DNA of 64,000 nucleotides from Candidatus Latescibacterota bacterium (lineage in GTDB: Bacteria > Latescibacterota > UBA2968 > GCA-2709665), in NCBI GenBank assembly GCA_965226795.1, contig CBDDDZ010000005.1:256001-320000 (forward strand), in the 5' to 3' direction. Every line of letters begins with the position of its first letter. Positions within the stretch are counted from its first letter, which is position 1. A program made the position numbers and the translations under genes. The notes beneath the pieces are model-generated. The model was not told the origin of the DNA, did not search any database, and was given only the letters and a program-made list of their open reading frames with translations. Below are positions 59,934 through 64,000 of the stretch, piece after piece.

Positions 59934-61163
59934 TTATCCGCCAGTCCGGCCTGGCGCCGTGTAAATGGTCTCCTGCCGGACCAGCGCGTCAATTTCGTCG
60001 GTTTCGAATCCTGCCACTCGCGTCAGCACTTCCCGGGTGTCAACGCCCACTTCCCTCCCGGCCCAACGCACTTTCCCCGGCGTTTCCGAGAGACTGGGTA
60101 CGACGCCCGGCAACGTGACCGTGCCCAGGACGTCATCCGGCATTTCCAGCAGCATATCTCGCGCTTTGTAATGTTCATCGGCGAAAATGTCCCGCAGCGT
60201 GAAAATCCGCGCGGCGGGTACGTCACTTGAGACCAGCTTCCGCTCCAGCTCTGAAAGCGAGTTCGCCGACGTCCAGTCGGCAATGATATCGTCGATATCG
60301 TCTTCGTACCGGGAGCGGGCGGTCGCTGTTCCAAAGCGATCATCGTCAGCGAGATGCCGGGCGCCCATGCAGGTCGTCAGGCGCTCGAAGGTGGTGTCGT
60401 TGCCGGCGGTGATGTGGATGAAGTCGCCGTCAGCAGTGGGATAGAGGTTGTTTGGCGTGCTGTTTGGCAACCGGGATCCGGTACGGGTGGGGACCGTCCC
60501 AAGCGCGGCGAATGCCGGAACATGGGGTTCCATAAAGCTGAATGCCCCCTCGTACAGCGCCGCGTCGACAACCTGCCCCTTGCCGGTCCGGGTTCTGGAG
60601 AAGAGCGCCATAACGGCGCCGAAAGCGGCGTACAGACCCGTGATACAATCCGTCAGGGAGATGCTAACGCGGCTTGGCGGGCGATCCGGCTCGCCCGTTA
60701 TTTCTCTGAGGCCGCCCACGGCCTCGCTGGTGACGCCGTATCCGGGCCGATGGCGGTAGGGGCCCGTTTGCCCGTACCCGCTGATGCGGACGAGGATGAT
60801 GCCGGGTTGGATCGCGGAGAGGGCGTCGAAACCCAGGTTCCATTCTTCCATTTTTCCCGGCCGGAAGTTTTCAACAACCACGTCGGAGGCTTCCGCCAGT
60901 CGCTTGATGACGACCTGTCCGGCGGGTGTTCTCAGATCGACCGAGATGAGATGTTTGTTGCGCAGGATGCTGGCTGCATAGAGCGACCGGCCCCGGCTGC
61001 GTTTGCCCATCTGGCGCACGGGATCACCCGACGGCGGCTCCACCTTGATGACTTCCGCGCCAAAATCCGCCAGGAGGCGGCCGCAGAACGGACCGGAAAC
61101 GGTGCTGCCCATTTCCAGTACGCGACATCCTGTGAGGGGTCCGGCGTTGGTGGATGGTGCCAT
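59934..61163 (-). CDS. CaiB/BaiF family (class III) CoA-transferase
   Basis: GPFCGRLLADFGAEVIKVEPP, DVVVENFRPG, SGYGQTGP motifs. Confidence 0.92.
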   Translation of the reverse strand: MAPSTNAGPLTGCRVLEMGSTVSGPFCGRLLADFGAEVIKVEPPSGDPVRQMGKRSRGRSLYAASILRNKHLISVDLRTPAGQVVIKRLAEASDVVVENFRPGKMEEWNLGFDALSAIQPGIILVRISGYGQTGPYRHRPGYGVTSEAVGGLREITGEPDRPPSRVSISLTDCITGLYAAFGAVMALFSRTRTGKGQVVDAALYEGAFSFMEPHVPAFAALGTVPTRTGSRLPNSTPNNLYPTADGDFIHITAGNDTTFERLTTCMGARHLADDDRFGTATARSRYEDDIDDIIADWTSANSLSELERKLVSSDVPAARIFTLRDIFADEHYKARDMLLEMPDDVLGTVTLPGVVPSLSETPGKVRWAGREVGVDTREVLTRVAGFETDEIDALVRQETIYTAPGRTGG

Positions 61164-61167
61164 TTTA

Positions 61168-62265
61168 TCAAACGGTCGGGGATGGAATTTCGACACAGAC
61201 GGCGCCCGGTACTTCGACGGGGCTGCCGACAGGCTCAAGGGCGCCGGTGTCCGGGTTGATCCGGAAACAGGTGACCGCGTTGCCGCGTTGATTGGCGGCG
61301 AGGAGATACTTGCCCGCGGGATCGAATTCCAGGTTCCAGGGCCACGCACCGCGCGAGGGTTCATGGCCGAGCGGGGTGAGTTCGCCCGTAGCGGCGTCGA
61401 TCGACATAACCGCGATGCTGTCGTGCCCCCGGTTGGAGCCGTAGAGAAAGCGGCCGGAAGGGTGGACCCGGATGTCGGCGCAGAAGTTCTCGCCGCCGTA
61501 GTCATCGGGCAGGGCGGAGAGAGTCTGGCGTTCAGCGAGGGATCCGGACTCGGCATCGTAGTCGAAGACGACGATGGTGCTGTCGAGTTCGTTGATCACG
61601 TAGGCCCTGCTGCCGTCGGGATGGAAGGCAATGTGCCTGGGTCCCGCACCCGCGCGAGTCGAAACGAACCCCTGCTCGGTCGGCTCGATGGATGCTTCCG
61701 ACGCGTCGAGCCGGTAGCTCATTACTTTGTCGATACCCAGGTCGGCGGCAAACGCGAAACGATGATCGGGTGAGAGAACAATGGAGTGGACGTGCGGGCC
61801 CTCCTGGCGTCCTGCGTCGACGCTGGATCCTTCGTGTCGGACGACCTGGGAAACAGGTTCGAGTTGTCCGTTCTCATCGATCGCAAGTGCTGTCAGGCTG
61901 CCGGATCCGTAGTTTCCGGCAAGCAGACAGCGGTTTGTCCGGTCAACGCTGAGATAACAGGGCAGGTCGCCTCCGGCATGCTGTTCATTGAGCAGCGTAA
62001 GGGCGCCGGATCCGGGATCAATGGAGTACGACTTGATGCAGCCCCCCGGTCTGCCGTCGAATTCGTCCACGGCGCATGCCCCGTACAGGACACGCCCGCC
62101 GGAGTCGGCGGCGAGGAAGAAGGGGTTGTGCACGTCCGGTACCTTCGACACGGCTTCGAGTTCGCCGGACGAGGTATCGAGATTGAGAATGTGCAGGCCT
62201 TCGGTACGATCGTCTGTATAGGTGCCAACGTAGACCGTGACGTGAGCGCCGGATTGATCTGACAT
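61168..62265 (-). CDS. pgl: 6-phosphogluconolactonase-family lactonase (second paralog)
   Basis: YVGTYT, RQEGPHVH, GAGPRH, SNRGHDSI motifs. Confidence 0.88.
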   Translation of the reverse strand: MSDQSGAHVTVYVGTYTDDRTEGLHILNLDTSSGELEAVSKVPDVHNPFFLAADSGGRVLYGACAVDEFDGRPGGCIKSYSIDPGSGALTLLNEQHAGGDLPCYLSVDRTNRCLLAGNYGSGSLTALAIDENGQLEPVSQVVRHEGSSVDAGRQEGPHVHSIVLSPDHRFAFAADLGIDKVMSYRLDASEASIEPTEQGFVSTRAGAGPRHIAFHPDGSRAYVINELDSTIVVFDYDAESGSLAERQTLSALPDDYGGENFCADIRVHPSGRFLYGSNRGHDSIAVMSIDAATGELTPLGHEPSRGAWPWNLEFDPAGKYLLAANQRGNAVTCFRINPDTGALEPVGSPVEVPGAVCVEIPSPTV

Positions 62266-62601
62266 TTTCGGGGCTCCTGTCTCTAAAAGTGATGTATTGG
62301 AAAGCTGTGGCTGGAATGTCGTACGAAACCGTTGTTGCGAGTATCGGTTTGTATTTGATTTAACCAAAATATAGACGGAAAAGGTGCGAGATCAAAATTT
62401 TTCTCACCGATCCACGTGCAGCGATTCGAAATCTACCAGCGACCGGCGTCAACCTGGCTCAAACGCCGCAGCCGCGTTCATCGCACTTCTTGTATTTTCG
62501 CCGCTGCGGATTTATCTTTAGACGCCGGGAGGTACGGTTGTAGAGAACGTCCCAAACAGCTGCTCGGGGACCTGCGGCAACTAAGCCCTGGCCGTAGCCG
62601 C

Positions 62602-62663
62602 TCCCTGAGCCTGTCGAAGGGTCGGCGGAGGGTAGCGAAACGCGGGCATTTCGACAAGCTCAA
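62602..62663. repeat. CCTGAGCCTGTCGAAGG...TTCGACAAGCTCA palindromic repeat
   Basis: Matches 39385-39453, including GGGTAGCGAAACGCGGGC. Confidence 0.75.
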
Positions 62664-62836
62664 TGACCGCGTTTCGACGGTCGCGCAAACTGACAGTTTG
62701 CGCAACTTAATCAAGCGCCTTCACCTCTCCATCATTCCCACCTTGAAGGGGGTCGCAGAAGCCGGGCCGGCAGGCGCCAGGCTGATGCGGTGGGGGAATG
62801 TCCTGGCGCGGCCGAAATCAACATGTGAGGACAGTT

Positions 62837-63682
62837 ATGGATGCGGCGCTTCTTCCGACGACCAACGCGGACGGTCTGCCGGTTGTACCGATGACCGACG
62901 CGCAGAAGTACACCTTCGATCTGAAGGGTTGGATCTGTCTGCCCGATCTGTTCCACGAAGAGCGACTCGACCGGATCCGGCAGCATCAGATGGATTTCCT
63001 TTACCGCCGCGATGCGCTTCCGCCTGAAGAACGGGACAACCACGGCGGGCCGTCGCAGGTGCTTCTGGATCATCCCGCGGTGGTGGGGGTGCTCAACGAA
63101 ATCCTCTCCCATCGCCCGCTGGCGACCGAAGACTGTTACGGGTTTCGATACGACCACACGTACACCAGCCATCGAAAGGCCGGGAACGATAATTTCGGGC
63201 CCCACGGGGGCGGCGCCTATTTTTCTTTCTGCGGCAATTCCCACATCTACCAGATGCTGCCGGGGCGGGTCCATTCGGGCCTGACCCGCGTGGTGTGGGA
63301 ACTCAACGAGGTGGGCGACGGCGACGGGGGAACGATGTTTCTAACCGGCAGTCACAAGGCGGCGTTTCCAAGACCGGAGGAAATCAGCGGCAGGGAGAGT
63401 TCGCTATGGGAGACCTATACCTGCCCCGCGGGATCGGCGGTGATTTTCACCGAGGCCCTCTGCCACTCGGGCACGCTCTGGTCCAACGAGACCCGCGACC
63501 GGCTGACTCTCTTTACCTGTTACAACACGGTTAACGCCAAATGGGGGAAGGGGTGCCCGCCGCCGGAGGTGATCGCCGCGATGCCGCCCAAACGCCAGAC
63601 GCTGTTCCGAGGAGTCTGGCACGGGATGACCGAAGTGCCAAAGATCAACAAGTACTACGACGAGGCCAACCGGGCGGTGTGA
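62837..63682 (+). CDS. Phytanoyl-CoA dioxygenase (PhyH)-like Fe(II)/2OG oxygenase
   Basis: FDLKGW, GGTMFLTGSHK, AGSAVIFTEALCHSG..R motifs. Confidence 0.8.
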   Translation: MDAALLPTTNADGLPVVPMTDAQKYTFDLKGWICLPDLFHEERLDRIRQHQMDFLYRRDALPPEERDNHGGPSQVLLDHPAVVGVLNEILSHRPLATEDCYGFRYDHTYTSHRKAGNDNFGPHGGGAYFSFCGNSHIYQMLPGRVHSGLTRVVWELNEVGDGDGGTMFLTGSHKAAFPRPEEISGRESSLWETYTCPAGSAVIFTEALCHSGTLWSNETRDRLTLFTCYNTVNAKWGKGCPPPEVIAAMPPKRQTLFRGVWHGMTEVPKINKYYDEANRAV

Positions 63683-63782
63683 ACCGGGTATTCTTGTCGG
63701 CTGTGCAAAATGGTGTAACACGGCTTGATGTTCTGTCCCGGAAATGGATCGCCGAAATTCGGCCGACCAGAAGCGGCAAAAA

Positions 63783-63815
63783 CAGCAATCAGCGGTCAGC
63801 TTTCAGCCGTCAGCT
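63783..63815 (+). repeat. TCAGCNN heptamer tandem array
   Basis: cagcaa tcagcgg tcagctt tcagccg tcagct. Confidence 0.65.
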
Positions 63816-63868
63816 AACGGCGGTTTTCGATACGGACCCGCGATCTCAATTCGCGGATGTTGATTTTC

Positions 63869-63892
63869 GTAGGGGCGGTTCGCGAACCGCCC
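63869..63892 (+). repeat. GTAG-type REP
   Basis: GTAGGGGCGGTTCGCGAACCGCCC hairpin. Confidence 0.7.
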
Positions 63893-64000
63893 GCCTTGTG
63901 GCCCTCAGGTTTTATATCTCGGCCACCGGGTGGAGGAGGCGTTGTTCGCAGCGTGAGACGTGTCGCTCACCATCAATCCCGAACGCCAAAACCATGCGTC

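Overview
GC-rich bacterial window, gene-dense and mostly on the + strand. It is dominated by catabolic genes: UxuA, an SDR, two lactonases, acyl-CoA ligases, thiolase/DUF35, an Ldh_2 enzyme, three Gfo/Idh/MocA oxidoreductases, heparinase II/III-like and RG-lyase-like proteins, LarA, a TAXI-TRAP transporter, CaiB plus a carboxyltransferase, and a PhyH-like dioxygenase. It also carries proA, an M16 peptidase, a GT2/GT39 pair and two toxin-antitoxin modules (MNT-HEPN and UPF0175-PIN). The gene repertoire resembles Latescibacterota/Poribacteria/PVC-type heterotrophs (inference only). Two things stand out. (1) A ~20 kb co-oriented cluster (33119-53453) looks like a biosynthetic or cofactor system with no NRPS/PKS core: EhpF/LuxE-like adenylating enzyme, ALDH-fold reductase lacking the general-base Glu, Fe-ADH, HemN-like radical SAM, PaaK-like ligase, flavin halogenase, GT4, thioesterase, TonB receptor, LolD/FtsX ABC transporter and three secreted PQQ-like beta-propellers. 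(2) A ~170-320 nt noncoding element is present in three highly diverged copies (25950-26273 -, 57359-57640 +, 57873-58044 -) whose stems and H-type pseudoknot covary, making it a candidate uncharacterised structured RNA or mobile element. Intergenic regions also contain several REP/MITE-like repeat families. uxuA and larA each carry an apparent +1 frameshift. No rRNA, tRNA or CRISPR array was seen. All alignments and pairings were read by eye.
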